From positions 1 through 61,913 of the forward strand of contig JBDRBK010000041.1 of assembly GCA_043822705.1 (NCBI GenBank): 61,913 nt of DNA, written 5' to 3'. Both the position numbers and the translations under genes were made by a program. Shown here piece by piece: positions 33,779-43,253 of this stretch. Source of the stretch: Fidelibacterota bacterium. Its GTDB lineage: Bacteria; Fidelibacterota; Marinisomatia; Marinisomatales; TCS56. The notes beneath the pieces are model-generated. The model saw only the letters and a program-made list of their open reading frames with translations, was not told where the DNA came from and searched no databases. The stretch's first letter is position 1. Every line of letters starts with the position of its first letter.

Positions 33779-35032
33779 TTACTTTTTGTCTTTTAAGCGA
33801 TACAACTGCTCACCCGCCTTGGGGACGTAGAGGATACCTTCAGCTTCACGATTATTGAAATCTTCAATATCGATAGTCACCGGATCGCGGTAACCCAGGT
33901 TGATTTTACTGCAAACATTCTCTGGAATTCCCGTAGCCAGGATGACATTAATCCGCGGCTTCTCTATGCCGTTTTCATAGGTGCCGATTCCTTTGACATG
34001 GGTGGAATGAGCCCTGACGCCACCGGGAATATCCTTGAACCGTTCGGACTGTTTGACAAAATAATCCCGCACATGGTAACCGATCTTTTCGATTATTTCG
34101 CCGTGGGTTACGGACACTTCCGTAATATGCGGCGCATAGATAATCAGGTCACCGCCATCGGCCACCACCGGTTCCAGCTTGTACATGCATTTGCCGCCGG
34201 TCCACAGGTCATCGTACATCTCCGGCGCCCGGGATAGCACGGTGTGAAACGGTTGATCTTTGTAGACGATATGGATTTGATCCGACAGATCGGCGGCCGC
34301 AGCCCAGGCTTCTTCCGGCGTGCCGATATACAGCCCGACCAGATCGGTTCCCTTCACAACCAGGCTCATACACAGCCGTTCCACCGGCAGGAAGGCGGCT
34401 GCGCGGTCCACCACCGCCCGCACCGGAGTGTATTTTGTCCCGATGATCAGGGGATTGGTGATCAGGGCGCCCAGCCAGTGGAACATGTCGATAATCTCCT
34501 GGCCGGCCAATCCCGGGAAAAGATATTTATTGCCCCCGGAAAAGCCCACCACCTCATGCGGAAAGGTCGGGCCGATGATCAGCAACAGATCATAATCATA
34601 GACCATTTTGTTGATCGTCACCGTCACCGGATCATGCAGGCGACCACCGGAAAGCCGGGCCACTTCCTCTGCGGAAAAAGTACCCGCAGCGCGTAATTGG
34701 CCGGGATCCTTCCAGCGATGATTGAAAAACCGGGCCTTAGAATATTTACTATCCCGTTCTTCCTGAGTAATACCGACGCGTTGATTAATCGCCGCGTCGC
34801 TCATCGGCGGATGAGTTCCCAAAGCGATGATGAAATCCAATAGCGCAACCCGGTGGGCCAATTCCTGATACACGGTTCTGAACATCAGATCGATCGGCGC
34901 CGTGCGGGTGTGATCGGGAATGATACACAACAGTTTCTTGCCATCAATCACGGCATCCGTAAAAGCAGCATGCACCAGCCGGACGACCTCTGCTTCGGTA
35001 AGCAACCGATCCGTAGAGCCCTGCCCGATCAT
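33779..35032 (-). CDS. LarA-family nickel-pincer epimerase, probable D-mannonate/D-gluconate 2-epimerase (GntE-like)
   Basis: PDHTR, ALGTH, PHEVVGFSGGNK, HWLG. Context with uxaE, uxuB and gnd. Confidence 0.75.
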   Translation of the reverse strand: MIGQGSTDRLLTEAEVVRLVHAAFTDAVIDGKKLLCIIPDHTRTAPIDLMFRTVYQELAHRVALLDFIIALGTHPPMSDAAINQRVGITQEERDSKYSKARFFNHRWKDPGQLRAAGTFSAEEVARLSGGRLHDPVTVTINKMVYDYDLLLIIGPTFPHEVVGFSGGNKYLFPGLAGQEIIDMFHWLGALITNPLIIGTKYTPVRAVVDRAAAFLPVERLCMSLVVKGTDLVGLYIGTPEEAWAAAADLSDQIHIVYKDQPFHTVLSRAPEMYDDLWTGGKCMYKLEPVVADGGDLIIYAPHITEVSVTHGEIIEKIGYHVRDYFVKQSERFKDIPGGVRAHSTHVKGIGTYENGIEKPRINVILATGIPENVCSKINLGYRDPVTIDIEDFNNREAEGILYVPKAGEQLYRLKDKK

Positions 35033-35057
35033 TACTGCACAATATCCTTAAAATTCA

Positions 35058-36509
35058 TTAAACTACGTAGGTCGAGGCGGAGGTCGCGCCGCCCCGGCCG
35101 GTCCAGTTGGTGTGGAAAAATTCACCGCGTGGTTTATCAATCCGTTCATAACTGTGAGCGCCGAAATAATCACGCTGGGCCTGGAGCAGGTTCGCCGGCA
35201 GCCGGCCGGAACGGTAACCATCATAATAGGCCAGGGCGGAACTGATCGCCGGCAGCGGAATGCCCAACTCCACCGCCTTTACCACCACCCGCCGCCAGGC
35301 CGCCTGAGCCGTTGTTACGGCATCCCGGAAAAACGGATCCAGCAGCAGATTATCCAGCTCGGGATTGGCGTCGAAGGCTTCCTTGATCCGCCCCAGAAAC
35401 ACCGAGCGGATGATACAGCCGCCGCGCCACATCAGGGCGATGCCGCCGTAATTCAGGTTCCAGCCATAACTCCCGGCCGCCGCCCGCATAAGCTGATAAC
35501 CCTGGGCGTAGGACACGATCTTGGAGGCATACAGCGCCTCTTCCAGATCGGCAATAAGTGCGGCTTTCTCACCGGTAAATTTTACTGCCGGTCCAGTCAG
35601 GACCCTGGAAGCCTTGACCCGTTCCTCCTTGATCGCCGACAGGCAGCGGGCAAAGACCGCCTCCCCGATCAGGGTCAGGGGCATGCCTTCGTCCAGGGCG
35701 GCAACGGCGGTCCATTTGCCGGTACCTTTCTGTCCGGCCGTGTCCAGGATCAGATCGATCGTGGGCTTGCCGTCCGCATCCCGGTAGCCCAGGATGTCGC
35801 TGGTAATCTCGATCAGGTAGGAATCCAGCTTGCCTTCATTCCATTTGCTGAATACCGCTTCCATTTCAGCATTGGACATACCCAGACCGTATTTCATCAG
35901 CTGATAGGTCTCACAGATCATCTGCATGTCACCATACTCGATGCCGTTATGGACCATCTTGACGAAATGACCGGCACCGTTCTCGCCCACCCAGTCGCAG
36001 CAGGGCTCACCAGCCGTAGTCTTGGCGGCGATCGTCCGGAAAATTGGCTTCACCTGCGGCCAGGCTGCGGGCGATCCGCCCGGCATGATTGAAGGTCCCG
36101 TCAAGGCGCCCTCTTCACCGCCGGAAACGCCGGTGCCAATGTATAGAAGACCTTTGCTTTCCACATATTGCGTGCGCCGGATCGTGTCCGGGAAATGGCT
36201 ATTGCCACCGTCGATGATGATATCGCCTGCTTCCAGGTGCGGAATAATCAATTTGATAAAATCATCCACCGGCCGGCCGGCTTTTACCAGCAGCATCACT
36301 TTCCGCGGACGTTCCAGATTTGCCGCCAGTTCCTCAATGCTGTGGCAACCAACGATGTTCTTGCCACTGGCGCGTCCGTTAATAAAGTCATCAACTTTTT
36401 TAGTGGTGCGATTATAGACCGCCACCGAAAAACCCTTGCTCGCCATGTTCAACACCAGGTTCTCACCCATTACCGCCAGTCCGATCAGGCCAATATTCTG
36501 CTTGCTCAT
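35058..36509 (-). CDS. gnd: NADP-dependent 6-phosphogluconate dehydrogenase (decarboxylating)
   Basis: GLAVMGENL, YNRT, DGGNS, GVSGGEEGA, VHNGIEY, GQKGTGKW, QAQRDYFGAH. Confidence 0.97.
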   Translation of the reverse strand: MSKQNIGLIGLAVMGENLVLNMASKGFSVAVYNRTTKKVDDFINGRASGKNIVGCHSIEELAANLERPRKVMLLVKAGRPVDDFIKLIIPHLEAGDIIIDGGNSHFPDTIRRTQYVESKGLLYIGTGVSGGEEGALTGPSIMPGGSPAAWPQVKPIFRTIAAKTTAGEPCCDWVGENGAGHFVKMVHNGIEYGDMQMICETYQLMKYGLGMSNAEMEAVFSKWNEGKLDSYLIEITSDILGYRDADGKPTIDLILDTAGQKGTGKWTAVAALDEGMPLTLIGEAVFARCLSAIKEERVKASRVLTGPAVKFTGEKAALIADLEEALYASKIVSYAQGYQLMRAAAGSYGWNLNYGGIALMWRGGCIIRSVFLGRIKEAFDANPELDNLLLDPFFRDAVTTAQAAWRRVVVKAVELGIPLPAISSALAYYDGYRSGRLPANLLQAQRDYFGAHSYERIDKPRGEFFHTNWTGRGGATSASTYVV

Positions 36510-36560
36510 TCCCAGACAACTCCAGTTTTTGGAAATTAATATTAAATGCTTATTTTGTAA

Positions 36561-37394
36561 TTATACACCGCTGAAGGCGGAAAAACCACCATCGACCGGT
36601 ACTACTATCCCGGTCACAAATTTTGCTGCGTCCGATGTCAGCCAGATCGCAGCCCCCACCAGATCTTCAGGATTGCCAAAACGTCCCTGGGGCGTATGGG
36701 CGATGATCTGCCTTCCCCGGGCGGTCAACTCACCGGTATCTTTTTCAGTCAGTAAAAACCGGTTCTGATCGGTCAAAAAGAAACCCGGCGCGATGGCGTT
36801 GACCAGGATGTTGGGTGAATATTCCTGTGCCATATGTACCGCCAGCCACTGAGTAAAATTACTGACCGCCGCCTTGGCCGCCGAATAGGCCGGAATCCGC
36901 GTCAGGGGGCGCAAGGCGTTCATCGACGATATGTTCAGGATGATACCTGATCCGGCGGCTGCGAAAATCTTGCCGAATACCTGGCAGGGCAGAACCGTCC
37001 CCAGCAGATTCAGATCAGTCACAAACCGGAAGGCCTCCGCCGGTATATCGAAAAAGGACTGATCAGCGTTGGTTGTGGCTTTAGGGTGGTTGCCACCGGC
37101 ACCGTTGATCAGAATGTCCACCTGTTTAAAGCGCGACAGGATTTGATCGGCGGCTTTGTCGAGGTTGTTCCGGTCTAAAACACTGGCAATAAATACTTCT
37201 ACAGCACCGGATGCGGCTTTAAAGCGATCCGCTAAACTGATGGGAATCTCCGGTTTGATATCAATAATCGCTACATTAGCACCGCCTTCAGCCAATGCCG
37301 CTGCGATTTCACCAGCCAGGATTCCGGTTCCACCGGTAACAACTGCCGTTTTACCTTCGAAATTATTATTAGATGAATTGTTATTCACTCCCAT
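36561..37394 (-). CDS. uxuB: SDR-type D-mannonate oxidoreductase (fructuronate reductase)
   Basis: NGAGGNHPKATT, SSMNA..PLTRIPAYSAAKAAVSNFTQWLAVH, VDGGFSAFSGV. Confidence 0.85.
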   Translation of the reverse strand: MGVNNNSSNNNFEGKTAVVTGGTGILAGEIAAALAEGGANVAIIDIKPEIPISLADRFKAASGAVEVFIASVLDRNNLDKAADQILSRFKQVDILINGAGGNHPKATTNADQSFFDIPAEAFRFVTDLNLLGTVLPCQVFGKIFAAAGSGIILNISSMNALRPLTRIPAYSAAKAAVSNFTQWLAVHMAQEYSPNILVNAIAPGFFLTDQNRFLLTEKDTGELTARGRQIIAHTPQGRFGNPEDLVGAAIWLTSDAAKFVTGIVVPVDGGFSAFSGV

Positions 37395-37403
37395 GCCTCG
37401 TTA

Positions 37404-38669
37404 TCAACTACCGGTTTCTGATAGCAGTAAACTGATGTGTTTACCCAGATGCCTGTTGAGTACATCTCGGTACAACTGATCATTATTAATTAGATTTTCA
37501 ATGATAAGGTCCTTATAAGATACACCTTTAATAGTTTTGCCGCCAAACAGTACCGAGCCGAAAGTCACATGCAGGATCTGTCGGCCGGCTTCTTTGGTCA
37601 AGTACCAGTGTTCGAGTTCCCGGTTATCAATGCTCGCGGGCACCTGGCTTAATGCTGCCGAAACATGGTAGGACTGTTTGTCGGCATCAAACCTGCTGCG
37701 GCAGAATTCGACAATTTCACGGAACAGTGCTTTGTCGGTCAGGCAGATTACGCGCAAGGCCTCCAGGTAACTGGTCCCGGCGGTTTTCACATGCAGGTGC
37801 TCACCGCTGATACACCCAATGATCGGGTAAATACTGAATTTATCCGAACCACTATGGATGCTGAGTTTATAGGGACCGCAGTACCTGGCAATTGCCGCAT
37901 GTTGCCGGTACTGTTCGGCAAACTCGGCGATAGCACCTTTATAATCGATCCCTTTTTCAAAAGCGCCCACGAATCGGGGGGCCAGACTGATGACGTCCAC
38001 ACCCATCCTTTTCAATTCCAGCCCTACGAACAGATGTTCCAACGGTGTTGTCGGTGTTGCGGTTTCATCCACCGACATTTCCACTTCAAATGGTCGGTCG
38101 CTACAGGCCTCCCGGATCCAGTGATACATCGATCTGGTATATTTGAGAGCGCTGCCGTATTTGATGATTGCTTTTAATAATATTGCCCGATCATCGAAAA
38201 CAAGCTTGAAAGAATCGGATATCTCAAATGATTCCTCCAGATATCGTTCCAACAAATCGGGTTCTACCAATTGCTTTTGAGTTACTAATCCCTGATAGGT
38301 GCCCAATAACGCGTCCGGTGACAGCATGTCGGCAGCGTTGTTTACATAAGCCGATGGATCGATGGTGAAAAATGTGTAGCCCGCATCCGCCATCCGTAAT
38401 ACATCTTCACGGGTCTGCAGGTGATCGGCATCGGCGCCCCAGGGCTGGTCCCAACCGGCCCGTTCGACGGCCTTGCTGGCCGCATTCATTACATCGGCCG
38501 GCTGCCGGTTGGTACGATTCAATTCGCGGATCGATTGTTGAGCAAAAATTCCTAAATAGGGCGTTCCGGCAACAGCGTCCATGTGACCCGGTGTCGCCAA
38601 TCCCAGGCGATCGCCGAACCCGAATGAGCGTTTCAGACCCAGAACCGAAGGTTTGTTATTGTCCATCAC
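37404..38669 (-). CDS. uxaE: D-tagaturonate/D-fructuronate epimerase
   Basis: SFGFGDRLGLATPGH, AQQSIRE..RT.R, GADADH, E.SVDET, SIHSGSDKF, HVKTAGTSYLEALR, RQILHVTFGSVL. Confidence 0.93.
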   Translation of the reverse strand: MMDNNKPSVLGLKRSFGFGDRLGLATPGHMDAVAGTPYLGIFAQQSIRELNRTNRQPADVMNAASKAVERAGWDQPWGADADHLQTREDVLRMADAGYTFFTIDPSAYVNNAADMLSPDALLGTYQGLVTQKQLVEPDLLERYLEESFEISDSFKLVFDDRAILLKAIIKYGSALKYTRSMYHWIREACSDRPFEVEMSVDETATPTTPLEHLFVGLELKRMGVDVISLAPRFVGAFEKGIDYKGAIAEFAEQYRQHAAIARYCGPYKLSIHSGSDKFSIYPIIGCISGEHLHVKTAGTSYLEALRVICLTDKALFREIVEFCRSRFDADKQSYHVSAALSQVPASIDNRELEHWYLTKEAGRQILHVTFGSVLFGGKTIKGVSYKDLIIENLINNDQLYRDVLNRHLGKHISLLLSETGS

Positions 38670-39871
38670 GGACTTGGCTTTTGCATATCAAGTGTAACGG
38701 TTCGGTCTACCGAATACGGACCACCAAAACCATTATTGCGATAGATATCCACATTCAAATGATGACCGAAAATCCGGAATTTCATGAAAGTGCTGCGCGA
38801 TAGATCCCAATTATTCCAGTAGGCCTGAAAGTATTCACTTTTACGATCGCCTAATTTTTCTGCCGTGAAATAGAATTCCTTCATTATTTTAAAACCGGTT
38901 GAATCATCCAGTATTTTGTACGACACATTATCGGTAAGCTCCATATAATACATTACTTTTTTGACCGAATAGGAAAAATCCCGATAGTATTGCACAAACG
39001 CCGAATCAATTGGGAATCCCGATTTTTCATTCTGTCGATGAAGTTTATTGATACTTGCGTACACGCCTTCGGGAAAAACATCTTCGGTTCCCCGGGCATG
39101 ACCACAATCAAACTGCCATAGCCCGTTAATGTTGGAGTAGGATGTATTATGGGTATGACCGCAGAGATAGGCTACCACATTATGGTTCATCAGCAATTGG
39201 TAGAATTTGAAAGCATTGCGCTGATACTGGTCCAGTGAATCACCCACATGGCGAATCCTTCCGTTAGCCAGATCGGGCATTGAAATCAACGGTTCATGGC
39301 CGATTACAAAAATATATGGTTTGGTATTTTTTTTCAGATCATCAGCCAGCCAGCGCAAAGCTTCCGGGACCATATTGCCGTCGGAACCAATATCCGATTG
39401 ACCATCAAAATACTGGTTCAACACTACAAAATGGCATTCACCATAATCGAATGAATACATTGTTTCCACACTGCCGGACGGACCTATATTTACAACATTC
39501 GGCAAGGAATTACCCCCGGAATTAATTGTTCTCAGGGTTTCCATATAAGTGGGATCCTCGATATCGTGATTGCCGATTACCGGATACCAGGGATAATCTT
39601 CGCCCAACACTCTGGCTATCAATTCCGCCGAGGCAGCCACCGGTTCGATATCGCCGGGGCTGACCATAAAGGCCCCTTTACCGTATTCAGCAATTGCTTC
39701 CAGGGCACCTTGAAAATATTCAGTAGAATGATAATATTCGGTGGCAAAATAACGCCAATCGGCCGCCATAATAAATGTGAGCTCTTCCTCTACCGGTTTG
39801 CCGGCTGGTGTGCACGACATTAAACAGGCTACCACCCATCCGACAATTATAGTTCTTGAAATTGTTATCAT
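38666..39871 (-). CDS. Calcineurin-like metallophosphoesterase lipoprotein
   Basis: AADWR, PGDIE, IGNHD, GHEP, CGHTH; lipobox LMSC. Confidence 0.85.
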   Translation of the reverse strand: MITISRTIIVGWVVACLMSCTPAGKPVEEELTFIMAADWRYFATEYYHSTEYFQGALEAIAEYGKGAFMVSPGDIEPVAASAELIARVLGEDYPWYPVIGNHDIEDPTYMETLRTINSGGNSLPNVVNIGPSGSVETMYSFDYGECHFVVLNQYFDGQSDIGSDGNMVPEALRWLADDLKKNTKPYIFVIGHEPLISMPDLANGRIRHVGDSLDQYQRNAFKFYQLLMNHNVVAYLCGHTHNTSYSNINGLWQFDCGHARGTEDVFPEGVYASINKLHRQNEKSGFPIDSAFVQYYRDFSYSVKKVMYYMELTDNVSYKILDDSTGFKIMKEFYFTAEKLGDRKSEYFQAYWNNWDLSRSTFMKFRIFGHHLNVDIYRNNGFGGPYSVDRTVTLDMQKPSP

Positions 39872-39930
39872 AGTTTTACCTTCTGGTTTTTACTAGACCT
39901 TAATCAGGATGGAAACATCGTAGCGATGGA

Positions 39931-40824
39931 TCATTCTTTGCCTGTAGAATACTTACGTTTGATCAGGTTTTCGACATCAACGGCGGTCTTTTTAATCGGG
40001 CCTTCGGCCTCCATTTTCAAGCTGGTGAGAGCGGCGGACCAGATGATTGCTTCAGCCGGAGGAGCCGATAGGCGCCGGGCGGCGTACGAAGCGATACAGG
40101 TATCGCCACGGCCGCTACGGCCTATCAAAGGTTCGGGATAAAAAGTAGCCGCATGAAATTCACCCTCCGCAAAAACGACGATGCCGTCACGGTGGGTCAG
40201 AACGATTTCTTGGGGACCCCAGCCGGCCAGAATTTCCGCCGCCCGTCGCAGGTCTCCTTCCCCGGTCAACGATTCCGCTTCCACAATATCAGCTTTAAAA
40301 ATATCGATCAAGGCCAGTACTTTACGTTTTTCCGGCCATTCGGCATTCACCAGGACATTATCTTTTCCGACGATTCGGATGAAACCCTGCGCATCGGCGA
40401 CCACCAGGCCGTCTTTGTCAGCCAGAAATTTCACGATTTCATAGGGGACCTCATGCCGGATCGAGGCATTGATCAGATAGGCCCTGGCCTCCAGGCCGGC
40501 GAACTGATCGATGGTATAAGTGCCGGCCGAAACCGGGCAGGTCAACACCCGTTCGTCTACGTTGTCGGTTGGATACTCCAGCCGCATGTGAGTGGAGGAT
40601 TCGGTAAAGGTTGGATACACATCGATGCCGGCACTTTCAAGGGATCTGATCACCCGGTCATCCTCTCTGGCCAGCCGCGTGACCGCCGCGACTTTCAGCC
40701 CGGAACAAGCCGCGGCATGAGCGCCATAATTAAAGCCGCCGCCATCAACATAACGGGTACCTGCAGCGGATATAATCGTATCTTTGGTATAATTGCCGAA
40801 AATTACAATGTCATAGTTTTTCAT
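39931..40824 (-). CDS. Ribokinase-family myo-inositol kinase, likely PPi-dependent (TM0415-like)
   Basis: DAQGFIR, FKAD, and GRSGRGDT in place of the usual DTTGAGD; TSLKME; inositol operon context. Confidence 0.75.
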   Translation of the reverse strand: MKNYDIVIFGNYTKDTIISAAGTRYVDGGGFNYGAHAAACSGLKVAAVTRLAREDDRVIRSLESAGIDVYPTFTESSTHMRLEYPTDNVDERVLTCPVSAGTYTIDQFAGLEARAYLINASIRHEVPYEIVKFLADKDGLVVADAQGFIRIVGKDNVLVNAEWPEKRKVLALIDIFKADIVEAESLTGEGDLRRAAEILAGWGPQEIVLTHRDGIVVFAEGEFHAATFYPEPLIGRSGRGDTCIASYAARRLSAPPAEAIIWSAALTSLKMEAEGPIKKTAVDVENLIKRKYSTGKE

Positions 40825-40845
40825 CGTTTCATATTTCCCGTTTTA

Positions 40846-42201
40846 TCAATCGACCGGTTTGGCATTCCACAAGGACGTCGCCAGAATCAGGGCGGCAATG
40901 GCCCCGCTGATCCAGAAGATTACCGGCGTACTGAAATCATAGTATCGGATACCATCGACAATCGTAGTACCCTTTTCAATCAGACGACCGCTGATGATAT
41001 CCTGGGTAGCGGCACTCAGGTAGCTGAAAACGCCGATGAATCCCATGACGGCGCCGGCTACTTTTTTAGGAGTAATGTCGGTTGCGAACAAACCGCCCAG
41101 GACGGTCACCATCCCGTTCAGCGAAAAACCGTACAGAACAAAAGCAATCGTGAGCAGCACCGGGTGCCCCGACGGGGCATAAAAAATGAAGAATAATGAC
41201 CCGATTTCAATCAAACCGAAAATCAGGGTGACCGGCGGCCGGCGGGCATTGAACAAATTATCGGAGGCAAAACCGTAAGCCAGGCAGCCGATGATTCCCG
41301 CAATCGTAGTCACACCTAACATTGAACCGGCTTCCAGCAAAGAATAGCCCTTGGCTTCCTGCAGATACAGAATGCCCCAGCTATTAATTGCATAACGGGT
41401 CACGTAGGTAGCAGCGGCGGCCAGCCCCAGAACCCAGATTTTAGGCATTTTGAAGATTGCCAGTTGCTCTTTCAGGGTAGCTTTGGTTTTACCGCCACCG
41501 AGATCAATCTGGATACCATGATCATTTTTCCAGTCGGCAATCGTCGGCAATCCCAGTGTTGGGGGCCGGTCCTGCATAAACAGATAAATTACCACAGCGA
41601 TCGCGGTACACATCAAACCCGGCGCAATAAACCCGCCACGCCAGCCGAAATAGCTGACCACGCCGGCCACGACCACAAAGGTCAGTCCCTCGCCAATCGA
41701 GTGGGCCGTGCTCCAGATACCGTAGTAGCGTCCCCGCTCGCTGTTGCTGAACCACTGGGAGATCCCAACGATACCGGCTGGGGCTCCGAATCCCTGGAAC
41801 CAGCCGTTCAAACCCCACAGTAACATCCAAATCCAGAGCACGGTCGCCGATACGCCCATCGCCAGGTTGATCAATGCCGATACCAGGACACCGGCGGCAA
41901 AGAATTTTTTGAGATTGGCATGGTCCGCCAGGAAGCCGTTGGTAAGCTTGCCGAAAGCATAGGTGTAGAAAATGGCCGAACCGATGATGCCCAACTCCTC
42001 GGCTGAAAAAATGCCGCCGTCGATCAAAGGCTTTTTGACCACCGACAATACCAGCCGGCAGGTATAGACAAATCCATAACCGATAGTGATTGTCAACATG
42101 ACGCTCAGGCGATACTTGCGGTACAGGCGGTCGATCGTATTCTGGTCAGATAGTTGTGGTCGGTCCGCCCCAGTGGCAAAAAACCGGAAGGGATTAAACA
42201 T
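40846..42201 (-). CDS. MFS organophosphate:Pi antiporter (UhpC/GlpT-like)
   Basis: GYGFVYTCR, YAFGKLTNGFLAD, NGWFQGFG, WFS..ERG..YGIWSTAHSIG, A.GFIGVFSY. Confidence 0.88.
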   Translation of the reverse strand: MFNPFRFFATGADRPQLSDQNTIDRLYRKYRLSVMLTITIGYGFVYTCRLVLSVVKKPLIDGGIFSAEELGIIGSAIFYTYAFGKLTNGFLADHANLKKFFAAGVLVSALINLAMGVSATVLWIWMLLWGLNGWFQGFGAPAGIVGISQWFSNSERGRYYGIWSTAHSIGEGLTFVVVAGVVSYFGWRGGFIAPGLMCTAIAVVIYLFMQDRPPTLGLPTIADWKNDHGIQIDLGGGKTKATLKEQLAIFKMPKIWVLGLAAAATYVTRYAINSWGILYLQEAKGYSLLEAGSMLGVTTIAGIIGCLAYGFASDNLFNARRPPVTLIFGLIEIGSLFFIFYAPSGHPVLLTIAFVLYGFSLNGMVTVLGGLFATDITPKKVAGAVMGFIGVFSYLSAATQDIISGRLIEKGTTIVDGIRYYDFSTPVIFWISGAIAALILATSLWNAKPVD

Positions 42202-42233
42202 AGAAACCTCGAGTTGCGGGGTTAGCGGCAGTG

Positions 42234-43253
42234 CTATTTGCCAAAATATTCCTGTCTGATTTCAGCGACCTTTACCGGGCGATTTTCGGCGAACGATTTC
42301 CGGGCGGCCAGGCCGATCAGAATCGCTACCAGTCCGGCTTCTCCATCAGCGGTAACTGTGCCGCTACCTGTAATGGCTGCGAAAAATTCATTCACTTCCA
42401 GGCGAAATGAATCCTGGTAGCGCTCCAGGAAGAAATCCAGCGGCCGTTCCGAAAGCGTGCCGGCGGCCGTCAGCATGGTAGATCGCGTCGCCGTATTATT
42501 CTCGGCGGTTATACTGCCTTTCGATCCGAACAGCTCGATCCGCTGATCATAGCCGTACACGGCTTCACGGCTGTTGTCGATCACTGCCAGGGCGCCATTT
42601 TCCAGTGTCAACGTAGTGATGGCCGTATCGATGTCACCGGCAGCACCGATTGCCGGATCGATCAGCACCGCACCGGCGGCATAGACTTCGATTACCTCGC
42701 TGCCGGAAAGATAACGGACCATATCAAAATCATGGATGGTCATATCAAGAAATATCCCACCGGAATTTTTGACATATTCCGCCGGTGGCGGCGCCGGGTC
42801 GCGGGCGATGATTTTAACCAGATATAAATTACCAATCTGTCCGGCTTCATAAACATCCCGCAGATGTCGGAAATTGGGATCGAAACGGCGATTAAAACCG
42901 ATCTGTAATTTGACTCCGGCGGTTGCCACCGCTGCCAAGGCCTCCTGAATCCGTACGGGGTCCAGGGCGATTGGTTTTTCGCAGAAAATGTGCTTGCCGG
43001 ATCCGGCGGCCTGGATAATCTGCTCGGCGTGCAGGGTCGATGGCGACAGAATGAATACGGCATCGATTTCCGGATTATTGAAAATAGCTTCCGCATCCGG
43101 GACCACTTTAAGCTTGCGGCTATGCGCCCAGCAGGCATCCATAAACGGATCGGTAATCGCCGCAACGTTCACGCCGGGAATCTGGATTAAATTGTCACAA
43201 TGGAGTTTGCCGATCCGGCCGGCCCCGATAATTCCGACATTAAATGGTTTCAT
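42234..43253 (-). CDS. iolG: Inositol 2-dehydrogenase (Gfo/Idh/MocA), copy 2
   Basis: GAGRIG, CEKP, GFNRRFDP, RDP, SGGIFLDMTIHDFD, YGYDQRIE. Confidence 0.9.
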   Translation of the reverse strand: MKPFNVGIIGAGRIGKLHCDNLIQIPGVNVAAITDPFMDACWAHSRKLKVVPDAEAIFNNPEIDAVFILSPSTLHAEQIIQAAGSGKHIFCEKPIALDPVRIQEALAAVATAGVKLQIGFNRRFDPNFRHLRDVYEAGQIGNLYLVKIIARDPAPPPAEYVKNSGGIFLDMTIHDFDMVRYLSGSEVIEVYAAGAVLIDPAIGAAGDIDTAITTLTLENGALAVIDNSREAVYGYDQRIELFGSKGSITAENNTATRSTMLTAAGTLSERPLDFFLERYQDSFRLEVNEFFAAITGSGTVTADGEAGLVAILIGLAARKSFAENRPVKVAEIRQEYFGK

